Positions 1-11,116 of a DNA stretch of 64,000 bases are shown in pieces. The number at the start of each line of letters is the position of its first letter. The first letter of the stretch is position 1. A program made the position numbers and the translations under genes. The stretch covers positions 7,166 through 71,165 of the forward strand of contig JAKFBU010000030.1 in assembly GCA_036676985.1 (NCBI GenBank), given 5' to 3'. Source of the DNA: Candidatus Sericytochromatia bacterium (GTDB taxonomy: Bacteria > Cyanobacteriota > Sericytochromatia > S15B-MN24 > UBA4093). The notes below the pieces were generated by a model. It did not search any database. It was not told the DNA's origin and worked only from the letters and a program-made list of their open reading frames with translations.

Positions 1-434
1 GACTCCAGGATCGCGAGGGCCTCCTCGCGCCAGAGCAAGCCGGCGAGCGCGAACGGGTCGACCTGGGGGTTCTGCTGGGCCGGGCGGTCGGGGTAGAGGC
101 GCACCAGGCCCGGCCGGATCGGCACGGCCGTCATGACGCCCCACCAGTCCGGCACCATGCGTTTCGCGCTGGAGTGATGACGTTCGCCCACCACCAGCGT
201 CACGCGGTCCAGCACCTGGCTGTAGCGCCTGGCCTGGGTCGCAAGCCGGCTCAGCGTGTCGGCGTCGCTCTTGATCTCGTAGCCATGCAGCCAGTCGTCG
301 ATGGCCACGAGATCCACGCGGACGTCCCCGTTGCCGATACCGAACTCCTCGACGATCCGGGCATGCGGCTCCGAGCCGTGCCACTGTGGCAGCACGACCC
401 GCAACGTCGCCCGGACGTCGCCGTCGCGCATCAT
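1..434 (-). CDS. PD-(D/E)xK-like protein resembling the 'sce7726 family' (partial; 3' end runs off the left window edge, so it is absent from the ORF track)
   Basis: Hand translation of the reverse strand from ATG at 434 gives MMRDGDVRATLRVVLPQWHGSEPHARIVEEFGIGNGDVRVDLVAIDDWLHGYEIKSDADTLSRLATQARRYSQVLDRVTLVVGERHHSSAKRMVPDWWGVMTAVPIRPGLVRLYPDRPAQQNPQVDPFALAGLLWREEALAILE, with no stop down to position 1. It has a D..D..EIK core of PD-(D/E)xK type and a GGGAG-like RBS upstream. The family name is recalled from the GYEIKSD.DTL.RL..Q...Y..V.DRVTLV motif and was not searched. Confidence 0.55.
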   Translation of the reverse strand, partial: MMRDGDVRATLRVVLPQWHGSEPHARIVEEFGIGNGDVRVDLVAIDDWLHGYEIKSDADTLSRLATQARRYSQVLDRVTLVVGERHHSSAKRMVPDWWGVMTAVPIRPGLVRLYPDRPAQQNPQVDPFALAGLLWREEALAILE

Positions 435-540
435 TTGAACCTGCTCCCTAGAAACCGGCAACTCGACAACAAATCACACCTGCTCAGAATCGTCACCGTG
501 ATTCATTGCCGAGTTGCCACCTACGCGATGTCGACCTGCC

Positions 541-2547
541 CTACCAGAGCCGGACCCGGTCCTGGGGGGCCTTGTAGAGCTTGTCGCCCGGCTTCAAGCC
601 GAAGCTCGAGTAGAAGCCGTCGATGTTGGTCACGATGCCGTTGGTGCGGTACTCGTCCGGCGAGTGCGGATCCGTCAGCAGCCACTCCTTCATGGTCTGG
701 GGACGCGCCTTGGAACGCCAGCCCCGGGCATAGGCGTAGAAGAAGCGCTGATCGCCCGTGAGGCCGTCGATGACAGGCGCTTCCTTGCCGCCCAGCGAGA
801 GGCGGTAGGCCTCGAGGGCCGTGGTGATGCCCGCGAGGTCCGCGATGTTCTCGCCGAGGGTGAGCTTGCCGTTGACGTGGAGGCCCTTGATGGGCTCGTA
901 GGCGTCGTACTGGGACACCAGGCGCGCGGTGCGCTCGTTGAACGCCTTCTGGTCGGCGGCCGTCCACCAGTCGCGCAGGCGGCCGTCGCCGTCGTAGTTG
1001 CGGCCGGAGTCGTCGAAGCCGTGGCTGATCTCGTGGCCGATGATGGCCCCGATGGCGCCGTAGTTGAACGCGTCGTCAGCCGTGGGGTCGAAGAACGGCG
1101 CCTGGAGGATGGCCGCCGGGAAGACGATCTCGTTGCCCACCGGGCTGTAGTAGGCGTTGACCGTCTGGGGCGTCATCTCCCAGCGCAGCTTGTCGACGGG
1201 CTGACCCAGATCCTTGATGGCACGCACCGAGGCGAAGCGGTTGGCCCTCAACACGTTGCCCACGCCATCCTGGCGCTTGACGACGAGCCCCTCGTACCCG
1301 CGCCACTTGTCGGGATAGCCGATCTTTACGGTGATCTTGGAGAGCTTGTCCAGGGCTTCCTTGCGGGTGGGCTCGCTCATCCAGTCCACGGCCGAGAGCT
1401 TGTCGCGGTAGGCGATGAGCAGGTTGTCCACGAGCTCCTTGGCCTTCGCCTTGGAGCTTGCCGGGAAGTAGGTGGCGACGTAGCGCATGCCGATCGCCTC
1501 GCCCAGCATGTCGCTGGTGGTGCGAAGCGCCGTGCGCCAGCGCGGCGGCTCGGAGGTGAGGCCCCGCAGCTTCTCGCGCCGGAAGCTCTGGTAGGCGGCC
1601 CGGTAGGAGGCCCCCAGGTGCACGGCGTAGTCGTCCACGATCCGCAGGCGCAGGTAGGCCTGCCAGGTGCTCAGGGGGGTCTTCTGGGCGAGCTGACCGA
1701 AGGCCTTGAAGTAGCTGGGCTGGTTCACGATGCAGCCCGCCGCGGCCGGCATGCCGAGGGCACTGGCGTAGGCCTCCCAGTCGAAGGGCGCGTAGTCCTT
1801 GACCCAGCTGGCCCGCGTGGTGGGGTTGTAGGTCTTGAGGTCGTCGCGGCTCTCCACCTCGGTCCACTGGATCTTGGCGATCGCCGTCTCGAACGCGAGC
1901 ACCGCCTGGGCGTCGGCCTCGGGCGATCGCGAGCCGCTGAGGCGCGCGAGCTTGGTCAGGTAGGCGACGTAGTCCTTGCGCAGGGCCACGTCCGAGGCGC
2001 CCTGGTTGAGGTAGTAGTCGCGGTTGGGCAGGCCCAGGCCGTCCTGGTAGAGATAGAGGACGTTCACCTTGGGGTTCTTGGCGTCCGCGCCCACGTAGGC
2101 GCCGGCCGGAACCCGCACGCCCGCCATGGAGAGGTCGCCGAGCACGCGGCCGACCTCGGAGACGCGCTTGAGCTTGCGGACGGCGTCGAGCTCGGCGCGC
2201 AGCGGCCGGAGGCCCGCGCGCTCGAGGGCGGCCGTATCGAGCAAGGACGCGTAGAAATCGCCCAGCATGCGGTTCTCGGCGTTGGCGCCGGGCTTGGCCC
2301 GCGCGGCCTCCAAGAGGGTCCGGACGTGCTCCTCGGAGCGCTGGGCCATCTGGTCGAAGACGCCGTACGAGACGCGATCGCCCGGGATCTGGACCGAGTT
2401 CAGCCAGGCGCCGTTCGCATGGCGGAAGAGGTCGTCCTGGGCACGGACGGTCGCATCGACCCCCTCGAAGGGGACGCCGGGGGCGGCCAGGGCGGACGGG
2501 GAGAGCGACAGGGCAAGCAACAAGGCGAGCATGACTTTGGACGTCAC
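541..2547 (-). CDS. M13 family zinc metallopeptidase (PepO / neprilysin-like), secreted or lipid-anchored
   Basis: ORF 541..2580 carries the HEISHGFDD (HExxH) motif plus the NAYY and GENIADLAG motifs. Signal peptide KVMLALLLALSLSPSALAAPG. A GAAAGGAG RBS 10 nt upstream favours the GTG start at 2547 over ATG 2580. Confidence 0.9.
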   Translation of the reverse strand: MTSKVMLALLLALSLSPSALAAPGVPFEGVDATVRAQDDLFRHANGAWLNSVQIPGDRVSYGVFDQMAQRSEEHVRTLLEAARAKPGANAENRMLGDFYASLLDTAALERAGLRPLRAELDAVRKLKRVSEVGRVLGDLSMAGVRVPAGAYVGADAKNPKVNVLYLYQDGLGLPNRDYYLNQGASDVALRKDYVAYLTKLARLSGSRSPEADAQAVLAFETAIAKIQWTEVESRDDLKTYNPTTRASWVKDYAPFDWEAYASALGMPAAAGCIVNQPSYFKAFGQLAQKTPLSTWQAYLRLRIVDDYAVHLGASYRAAYQSFRREKLRGLTSEPPRWRTALRTTSDMLGEAIGMRYVATYFPASSKAKAKELVDNLLIAYRDKLSAVDWMSEPTRKEALDKLSKITVKIGYPDKWRGYEGLVVKRQDGVGNVLRANRFASVRAIKDLGQPVDKLRWEMTPQTVNAYYSPVGNEIVFPAAILQAPFFDPTADDAFNYGAIGAIIGHEISHGFDDSGRNYDGDGRLRDWWTAADQKAFNERTARLVSQYDAYEPIKGLHVNGKLTLGENIADLAGITTALEAYRLSLGGKEAPVIDGLTGDQRFFYAYARGWRSKARPQTMKEWLLTDPHSPDEYRTNGIVTNIDGFYSSFGLKPGDKLYKAPQDRVRLW

Positions 2548-2641
2548 AGGGCTACGGCTCCTTTCTCGAGCAGAACGCATGGTTCTATACCCCGCGCGCC
2601 GTCCCCTAGACGCGGCAAGCGCAAACGGCTATGGTCGAGCC

Positions 2642-3097
2642 ATGCGCCTGATCGTCGACGGGGACGCTTGTCCCGTGAAAGACCTCCTGCACCGCGCGGC
2701 CCTGAGGCTCGGCGCGCCCATGATCCTCGTGAGCAACCGGCCCATGGCCTTCGGCGCGGAGCATGGCGTCACGGCCGTCATCGTCCCGGAGGGCCCCGAC
2801 GAGGCCGACCGGTGGATCGTCGCGGCGGCCACCCCCGAGGACCTCGTCGTCACGGCGGACATCCCGCTCGCGGCCGAGGTGGTGGCCAAGGGGGGCGTGG
2901 CCCTCGGGCACCGGGGCGAGGTCTTCGACGCGGCGAGCATCGGCGAGTACAAGGCCCGCTGGACCCTGATGAACTCCCTGCGGACCGAAGGCATGGAGAT
3001 CGGCGGTCCCAAGCCCTACGGCAACAAGGACCGCGCGAGCTTCGCCAATGCCCTCGAGCAGTTGATCCGGCGGCTCCAAAGGGCCCGCAAGCCCTAA
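2642..3097 (+). CDS. yaiI: YaiI/YqxD family protein (UPF0178/DUF188)
   Basis: MRLIVDGDACPVKD...VVTADIPLAAEVVAKGGVALGHRGEVF...KDRASFANALEQLI is collinear with E. coli YaiI. Only the part of ORF 2267..3097 from the ATG at 2642 is used. The upstream part is antisense to the peptidase gene. Confidence 0.88.
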   Translation: MRLIVDGDACPVKDLLHRAALRLGAPMILVSNRPMAFGAEHGVTAVIVPEGPDEADRWIVAAATPEDLVVTADIPLAAEVVAKGGVALGHRGEVFDAASIGEYKARWTLMNSLRTEGMEIGGPKPYGNKDRASFANALEQLIRRLQRARKP

Positions 3098-3186
3098 TCC
3101 CCCTGGATACGGGCGATCGGGTGACAAATGTCCGCTTGCTTGCTAATGTAAAATCCGCTTACCGGCTGCTGTCCACAGGCTGACCC

Positions 3187-5658
<2,472 letters not shown>

Positions 5659-5769
5659 CCCCGCCCCGCCCGGATGGCTTGTCGGCCCCCTCCGGCAACT
5701 GGCCTCGGGGCCGCGATCGTGCTAGATTGAGGAGTTTCCATCCTCCACTTCACAAAGGGACCTGCGACC

Positions 5770-7458
5770 ATGGACACGACACGCGCCGAAACCCCGGAAG
5801 CCGCCGAGAAGGTCGGCCGGGATTTCATCCGCGACATCATCGACGAGGACCTGCGCACGGGCAAGCGCACCAAGGTCGCCACTCGCTTCCCCCCGGAGCC
5901 CAACGGCTACCTACACGTCGGGCACGCCAAGTCCATCACCCTGAACTTCGGCATCGCCCAGGAGTACGGCGGCACCTGCAACCTGCGCTTCGACGACACC
6001 AACCCCACCAAGGAGGAGACGGAGTACGTCGAGTCGATCATGGAAGACGTGCGCTGGCTCGGCTTCGAGTGGACCGGCCTCTACTACGCGTCGGACTACT
6101 ACGAGAAGTTCTACGACTACGCCATCGAGCTCATCTCCAAGGGGCTCGCCTACGTCGAAAGCCTGACGGCCGAGGAGATGCGCGAGTACCGCGGCACCCT
6201 GACCGAGCCGGGCAAGAACAGCCCCTACCGCGATCGCTCCGTCGAGGAGAACCTGGACCTCTTCAAGCGCATGCGCGCGGGTGAGTTCGAGGACGGGACG
6301 CACGTGCTGCGCGCCAAGATCGACATGGCCTCGCCCAACCTCAACATGCGCGATCCGGCCCTCTACCGGATCCGGCGGGCCCATCACCACCGGACGGGGG
6401 ATGCCTGGTGCATCTACCCGATGTACGACTACGCGCACCCCATCTCGGACGCCCTCGAGGGCATCACGCACTCGATCTGCACGCTCGAGTTCGAGGATCA
6501 CCGTCCCCTGTACGACTGGGTGCTCGACAACATCACCATCGACTGCCACCCGCAGCAGATCGAGTTCGCGCGCCTCAACGTCGGCTACATGGTCACCAGC
6601 AAGCGCAAGCTGCTCAAGCTCGTCACCGACCGGATCGTGAGCGGCTGGGACGACCCGCGCATGCCCACCATCTCGGGGATGCGGCGGCGCGGCTACACGC
6701 CGGCGGCCATTCGCAACTTCTGTACGGCCGTGGGCACCTCCAAGGCCAACGGCATGGTCGAGCTCGGGCTCCTGGAGCACTTCGTCCGCGACGACCTGAA
6801 CAAGACCGCCCAGCGCGTCATGGTCGTGCAGCGTCCCCTCAAGGTGGTCCTCGAGAACTACCCCGAGGGACAGGTCGAGTGGTTCGAGGCGGAGAACAAC
6901 CCCGAGGACCCCAATGCGGGCACTCGCAAGGTCCCCTTCTCGAAGGTCCTCTACATCGAGCGGGACGACTTCATGGAAGTGGCGCCCAACAAGAAGTACT
7001 TCCGGCTGGCGGTGGGCAGCGAGGTGCGCCTCAAGCACGCCTACTACATCACCTGCACCGAGGTCCTCAAGGACGAGGCCGGCGACATCGTCGAGCTGCG
7101 CTGCACCTATGATCCCGAGAGCCGGGGCGGCGGCACGCCGGACGGCCGCGTGGTGCGCGGCACCCTGCACTGGGTGTCGGCCGAGCACGCGGTGCCCACC
7201 GAGATTCGCCTCTACGAGACGCTCTTCACCGAGCCCACGGCGAGCGACGTCGAGACCGACCTCAACCCGCGTTCGCTCGAGGTCCTGAGCGAGGCCAAGG
7301 CCGAGCCCTCCCTCAAGGAGGCCAAGGCGGGCGATCGCTTCCAGTTCCTGCGGATGGGCTATTACGCCATGGATCCGGACTCGACGGGCGATCGGCTGGT
7401 CTTCAACCGGACGGCCACGCTCAAGGACACCTGGGCCAAGGTCGGAAAGCAGCAGTAA
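5770..7458 (+). CDS. glnS: Glutamine--tRNA ligase
   Basis: 562 aa with class I motifs [14 protein letters not shown] (HIGH) and VTSKRKL (KMSKS-like). GlnRS-type C-terminal anticodon-binding domains. Confidence 0.93.
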   Translation: MDTTRAETPEAAEKVGRDFIRDIIDEDLRTGKRTKVATRFPPEPNGYLHVGHAKSITLNFGIAQEYGGTCNLRFDDTNPTKEETEYVESIMEDVRWLGFEWTGLYYASDYYEKFYDYAIELISKGLAYVESLTAEEMREYRGTLTEPGKNSPYRDRSVEENLDLFKRMRAGEFEDGTHVLRAKIDMASPNLNMRDPALYRIRRAHHHRTGDAWCIYPMYDYAHPISDALEGITHSICTLEFEDHRPLYDWVLDNITIDCHPQQIEFARLNVGYMVTSKRKLLKLVTDRIVSGWDDPRMPTISGMRRRGYTPAAIRNFCTAVGTSKANGMVELGLLEHFVRDDLNKTAQRVMVVQRPLKVVLENYPEGQVEWFEAENNPEDPNAGTRKVPFSKVLYIERDDFMEVAPNKKYFRLAVGSEVRLKHAYYITCTEVLKDEAGDIVELRCTYDPESRGGGTPDGRVVRGTLHWVSAEHAVPTEIRLYETLFTEPTASDVETDLNPRSLEVLSEAKAEPSLKEAKAGDRFQFLRMGYYAMDPDSTGDRLVFNRTATLKDTWAKVGKQQ

Positions 7459-7471
7459 TCAGGTCTAAGGA

Positions 7472-7502
7472 AACGCCCCTCGCATTGCGCGAGGGGCGTT
7501 TT
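7472..7502 (+). terminator. Rho-independent terminator after glnS
   Basis: A 12-bp perfect stem, AACGCCCCTCGC (7472-7483) pairing with GCGAGGGGCGTT (7489-7500), with a 5-nt loop. It runs into TTTT, 14 nt after the glnS stop. Confidence 0.8.
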
Positions 7503-7550
7503 GAATGGGGTCAAAGGGTCAGCCCCGATCCGCGGCCGCCGAGTTCGCGA

Positions 7551-7665
7551 CCCTGGACTCCCGCTTTCGCGGGAGAGACGGGAGGGCCGACTGGGCCTTA
7601 CAAGGGCTTGGCCTCGATGCCTGAATGAGCGCTCCCGTCATTCCCGCGAAAGCGGGAATCCAGGG
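7551..7665. repeat. Inverted pair of about 35-bp REP-like palindromic elements (core TCCCGCGAAAGCGGGA)
   Basis: Copy 1 (7551-7585) is CCCTGGACTCCCGCTTTCGCGGGAGAGACGGGAG. The reverse complement of copy 2 (7632-7665) is CCCTGGATTCCCGCTTTCGCGGGAATGACGGGAG, about 31/34 identical by hand alignment. Copy 2 contains ATTCCC-N8-GGGAAT. The pair gives the typical spurious peptides VIPAKAGIQ and SRESGNPG in the ORF track. Confidence 0.7.
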
Positions 7666-7708
7666 CAGTGCCATCCGGCCGCCAGGGTGGGTAGCGGTGG
7701 CTCCCGAG

Positions 7709-8053
7709 CTACAAGATGCTCACATCGAGCTCCAGCCGCTCTCCCAGCCACCGGACGTGCTCGGTGTGATCCACCAGGTCGTTGCCCGTCTCGGGATGCA
7801 ACAGCACCGACTGGGCCCCGTGGTGCGACTGAAGCCATCCGAGCACCGCCTCCCGCTGCGCATCCGGGAACTCGATCTCGAACATGGGCAACGGGTGCGG
7901 GCCTACCTTGCGGTAGCGGATCGGCCAGACGGTCGCCATGTCCCCGAGGTCCCGCTGCGCGTCGGCGTGCATGGCCTCGATGAGGCCCTCCTCGCCGGGC
8001 CGGAAGTAGATATGGGCGTGATAGGACGGTGCCTCGACGAGCATCCGGACCAC
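7709..8053 (-). CDS. DOPA 4,5-dioxygenase (DodA) family protein
   Basis: 114 aa: SYHAHIYF...VGPHPLPMFEIEF...WLQSHHGAQSVLLHPETGNDLVDHTEHVRWLG. This matches the small bacterial DodA/COG3805 family as I recall it. It starts directly after the stop of the upstream gene. Confidence 0.75.
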   Translation of the reverse strand: MVRMLVEAPSYHAHIYFRPGEEGLIEAMHADAQRDLGDMATVWPIRYRKVGPHPLPMFEIEFPDAQREAVLGWLQSHHGAQSVLLHPETGNDLVDHTEHVRWLGERLELDVSIL

Positions 8054-8992
8054 CTAGCGCAGGGCCGTGCGGCCGTGCGGGCTCGTGAAGTCGAGCTCGG
8101 GGCCCACCGGGACGATCCGCGTCGGGTTGATCTCGTCCTGCGTGACGTAGTAGTGGCGCTTGATGTGGTCCATGTTCACCGTCTCGGCCACGCCCGGCAC
8201 CTGGTAGAGGTCGCGCAGGTAGCCGGAGAGGTGGGGGTAGTCCGCAATGCGGCGGAGGTTGCACTTGAAGTGCCCCACGTAGACCGCGTCGAAGCGAACG
8301 AGCGTGACGAACAGGCGCCAGTCTGTCTCGACCGGGTGATCGGCCACCAGGTAACGGCGCTTCGAGAGGCGCTCGTCCAGCTGATCGAGCGCCTCGAAGA
8401 GGCCCCGCACCGCCCGCTCGTAGGCCGCCTGGGAGGTGGCGAAGCCCGCCCGGTACACGCCGTTGTTGACCGTCTTGTAGATCCAGTCGTTGAGTCGGTC
8501 GATCTCCGCTCGGTGCTCGACCGGGTAGAGATCCAGGCTCCGGTCGGCGAAGGCCTCGAACTCTGTCTCGAACATCCGCATGATGTCGTCGTCCGAGTTG
8601 CTCACGACCCGCCGCGTCTCCTTGTCCCACAGGACCGGCACCGTGTAGCGTGCCCGGAAGTTCGGGTCCGTGGCGTGGTACGCCTCGCTCAGGAAGCCAA
8701 AGCCGTTGATGGGGTCGCGGGAGTGGCCCTCGCCCTCCCGAAAGGCCCAGCCGCGCTCGTCGCGGATGGGATCGACCGCGGTCATGCCGATGACGTTCTC
8801 CAGGCCCTTCAGCCGGCGGACGATGATGGTGCGATGGGCCCAGGGACAGGCCCACGACACGTAGAGGTGGTACCGACCGGCCACGGCCGGGTATTGCGAG
8901 CTCCCGTCGGCCTTGACCCAGTCTCGAAAGGCGTCTTGCTGCCGCTCGAACCCGCCTTCGGCCGTCTGTTCACTCGGGAATTGGGCTTTCAT
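8054..8992 (-). CDS. yqjG: Glutathionyl-hydroquinone reductase (Xi-class GST, YqjG-like)
   Basis: 312 aa. GRYHLYVSWACPWAHRTIIVRRLKGLE is near-identical to the E. coli YqjG CPWAHR active-site region. Confidence 0.9.
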   Translation of the reverse strand: MKAQFPSEQTAEGGFERQQDAFRDWVKADGSSQYPAVAGRYHLYVSWACPWAHRTIIVRRLKGLENVIGMTAVDPIRDERGWAFREGEGHSRDPINGFGFLSEAYHATDPNFRARYTVPVLWDKETRRVVSNSDDDIMRMFETEFEAFADRSLDLYPVEHRAEIDRLNDWIYKTVNNGVYRAGFATSQAAYERAVRGLFEALDQLDERLSKRRYLVADHPVETDWRLFVTLVRFDAVYVGHFKCNLRRIADYPHLSGYLRDLYQVPGVAETVNMDHIKRHYYVTQDEINPTRIVPVGPELDFTSPHGRTALR

Positions 8993-9064
8993 GGTCTATC
9001 CCTCGCGCTGAATCCTCACACGTTTTATCCTAGCACTCCCGACGCGGGCGCGCCGGACATGGGC

Positions 9065-10276
9065 TCAAGGCTCGCTGCCGAGCGGATGCGGGCGGCCCCG
9101 CAGGGAGCCGGACGGACGCTCGTACGCCCCCCGGATCCGGCGCCTCAGCGGGTCCTCGTAGTAGCGGTACAGGAGGCACGAGACACCGACCGTCACGCCC
9201 AGGGCGATCGCGAAGGCCTTCCATCCCAGGTGGCCGACCTGGCGACCCAACGCCTCCGAGAGGCGGTGGCCGATGGGGACGTGCAGGAGGTAGATGCCGT
9301 AGCTCGCCTCGCCGAGGCGAATCGACCAGGGGTGCGACAAGAGGGCCGCGAGCGCCCCTGAGCCGTAGGCGAGGCCGCCCACCAGGGCGACGACCAGGGG
9401 GAGGTTGAGGGCGATCGCAAGCTCCGCCGGCATGGCCAAAAACGCGTTCATGGCGAGAAAGAGCCCCATGGCCCAGCCGGTCGTGACGCCCGCCGCCCGC
9501 CGTAGCGCCGGCTGGGCCGGCTCCAGGAGCCGGAAGGCCCGTCCCAGGATCATGCCCGCCAGGAACTCCGGCAGCCGAAAGACGGGCGCCATGCCGATCA
9601 CCGCGTAGAGGTCGAGGCCCGGGCTCACGAGGCGAACGCCCCACATGGCGAGGCCCATCCCCAGGACGAGGGCCCACAGGGTCAAGAGCGCGAGGCCCGC
9701 CCGCCCGAGCGTGAGGCTCCGGTGGAAGCCGGAGGCCACGATCAGAGGGAACATCAGGTAGAAGAAGGCCTCGGCGGACAGGGACCAGGCGGGTGCGTTC
9801 CAGAACATGGCGCCGCTCGGGATCCACGCCTGCACGAGTCCCAGGACCATGCCTCCCTTGATGAGGCCCCAGGCCGTCCCGAGGGTCGCTCCGTACTTCT
9901 GGGCCAGCACGCCCACGTCCCGCAACAGGTCCGGAAAGGCCACCACCAGGGAGAGCAGGTACATGGGATAGACCCTGGCGAAGCGCGCCGCCCAGAACCG
10001 TCGGCGATCGAGCCGCTCGCCTTCCCGGTCGTAGGTGTGGGTCAGGACGAAGCCCGACAGCACGAAGAACAGCGACACGCCGATGAAGCCGTGCGCCGCC
10101 AGGGCGTTCAGCCCGGCCACGAGGAAGCCCGGCACCCCTTCTGGCGCTTGCGCCATGGGGGACCAGAAGTGATGCAGCACGACCAGGAGGACAGCAAGGA
10201 AGCGCAGTCCCGTCAGGGCCGACAGGTGAGGGGTACCCGCCGCGGTCGCGTCCCGTTCGATAGTCGTCAGTCTCAT
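9065..10276 (-). CDS. Acyltransferase family 3 integral membrane protein
   Basis: 403 aa with about 10 TM helices. N-terminal LTGLRFLAVLLVVLHHF motif of the acyltransferase_3 family. Confidence 0.8.
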   Translation of the reverse strand: MRLTTIERDATAAGTPHLSALTGLRFLAVLLVVLHHFWSPMAQAPEGVPGFLVAGLNALAAHGFIGVSLFFVLSGFVLTHTYDREGERLDRRRFWAARFARVYPMYLLSLVVAFPDLLRDVGVLAQKYGATLGTAWGLIKGGMVLGLVQAWIPSGAMFWNAPAWSLSAEAFFYLMFPLIVASGFHRSLTLGRAGLALLTLWALVLGMGLAMWGVRLVSPGLDLYAVIGMAPVFRLPEFLAGMILGRAFRLLEPAQPALRRAAGVTTGWAMGLFLAMNAFLAMPAELAIALNLPLVVALVGGLAYGSGALAALLSHPWSIRLGEASYGIYLLHVPIGHRLSEALGRQVGHLGWKAFAIALGVTVGVSCLLYRYYEDPLRRRIRGAYERPSGSLRGRPHPLGSEP

Positions 10277-10466
10277 GGGGCGACATGGTCTCAGATGTGT
10301 CGACCACGATCATTGGCGGATCCGCCCTAACCTCGCCCGGTATACCAGCCATCTTGGCTCAGGCACGCGGATTTCCGGACGAAGCCCCGTCCCCGGACGG
10401 CCCCGCGGTTCAGCTTGCCACCTTACGATCGACGGTCGCGGCCGCGACGACGGGGCTTGCCATATT

Positions 10467-10482
10467 TATACCGATCGGTATA
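10467..10482. promoter_or_regulatory. Perfect 16-bp palindrome TATACCGATCGGTATA, candidate TetR operator
   Basis: Read directly from the sequence, 10 nt upstream of the tetR-family ATG (10493). It sits in the divergent region shared with the acyltransferase gene. A 13/16 match recurs at 11085. Confidence 0.6.
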
Positions 10483-10492
10483 TCATCGAGCC

Positions 10493-11068
10493 ATGAGGAC
10501 ACAGGACAACCGGCAACGCCTCCGCGAGGTGGCCCTGGAGCTGTTCGCGCACCGCGGCTACGACGCCACGGGCGTACAGGAGATCGTGGAGGCGGCGGGC
10601 GTCACCAAGCCCACGCTGTACCACTATTACGGCAGCAAGCGGGGCCTGCTCGAGGCCCTGGTCCAGGACCAGAGCGCCGAGTTCATGGCCGAGCTGCGCG
10701 GTGCTGCGGCCTATGCCGGGGACCTGCCCCTGACGCTCATGCGGATCGTGTCGGCCTATCTGGCCTTCGCGCGCCGCCGTCCGGACTTCTACCGCCTGCA
10801 CATGATGCTGTACTTCCTGCCGCCGGAGCACGAGGCGCGTCTCGCGACCCTGCCCCTCTTCGAGGAGCAGCAGCGCCTGCTCGAGGACATGTTCGTCGCG
10901 GCCGTCCCCCACCACGGCAACCTCCGGGGACGGCACCAGCGCCTGGCCGCGGCCCTGCAGGGGCACATCAACAGCCATGCCGCCATGCTCTTGAACGGGC
11001 GGCTCGCCGAGAGCGACTCGCTCCCCCACGAGATCGCCAAGCAGTTTAGCTACGGCATCTACGCGTGA
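10493..11068 (+). CDS. TetR/AcrR family transcriptional regulator
   Basis: MRTQDNRQRLREVALELFAHRGYDATGVQEIVEAAGVTKPTLYHYYGSKRGLLEAL is a canonical TetR HTH. The ATG at 10493 inside ORF 10415..11068 is preferred. Confidence 0.9.
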   Translation: MRTQDNRQRLREVALELFAHRGYDATGVQEIVEAAGVTKPTLYHYYGSKRGLLEALVQDQSAEFMAELRGAAAYAGDLPLTLMRIVSAYLAFARRRPDFYRLHMMLYFLPPEHEARLATLPLFEEQQRLLEDMFVAAVPHHGNLRGRHQRLAAALQGHINSHAAMLLNGRLAESDSLPHEIAKQFSYGIYA

Positions 11069-11084
11069 GTTTTTTTCACAGCTC

Positions 11085-11100
11085 TATACCGACCGGTAAG
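11085..11100. promoter_or_regulatory. Second operator-like half-palindrome TATACCGACCGGTAAG
   Basis: 13/16 identical to the 10467 palindrome. It lies between the tetR stop (11068) and the AAGGAGG RBS/ATG (11117) of the GH13 gene. Confidence 0.5.
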
Positions 11101-11116
11101 TAAACAAGGAGGAACC

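Noticed and set aside
514-3183. 889-aa ORF on the + strand
   Set aside because: It is antisense to the well-supported M13 peptidase and out of frame with yaiI. The composition is Arg/Gly/Ala/Val-rich and low in complexity, as expected for non-coding frames in high-GC DNA. No motif was found.
7625-9361. 578-aa + strand ORF and 405-aa - strand ORF (7638..8855)
   Set aside because: They overlap yqjG and dodA in other frames. Their 5' ends are translations of the REP-like elements (VIPAKAGIQ / SRESGNPG peptides).
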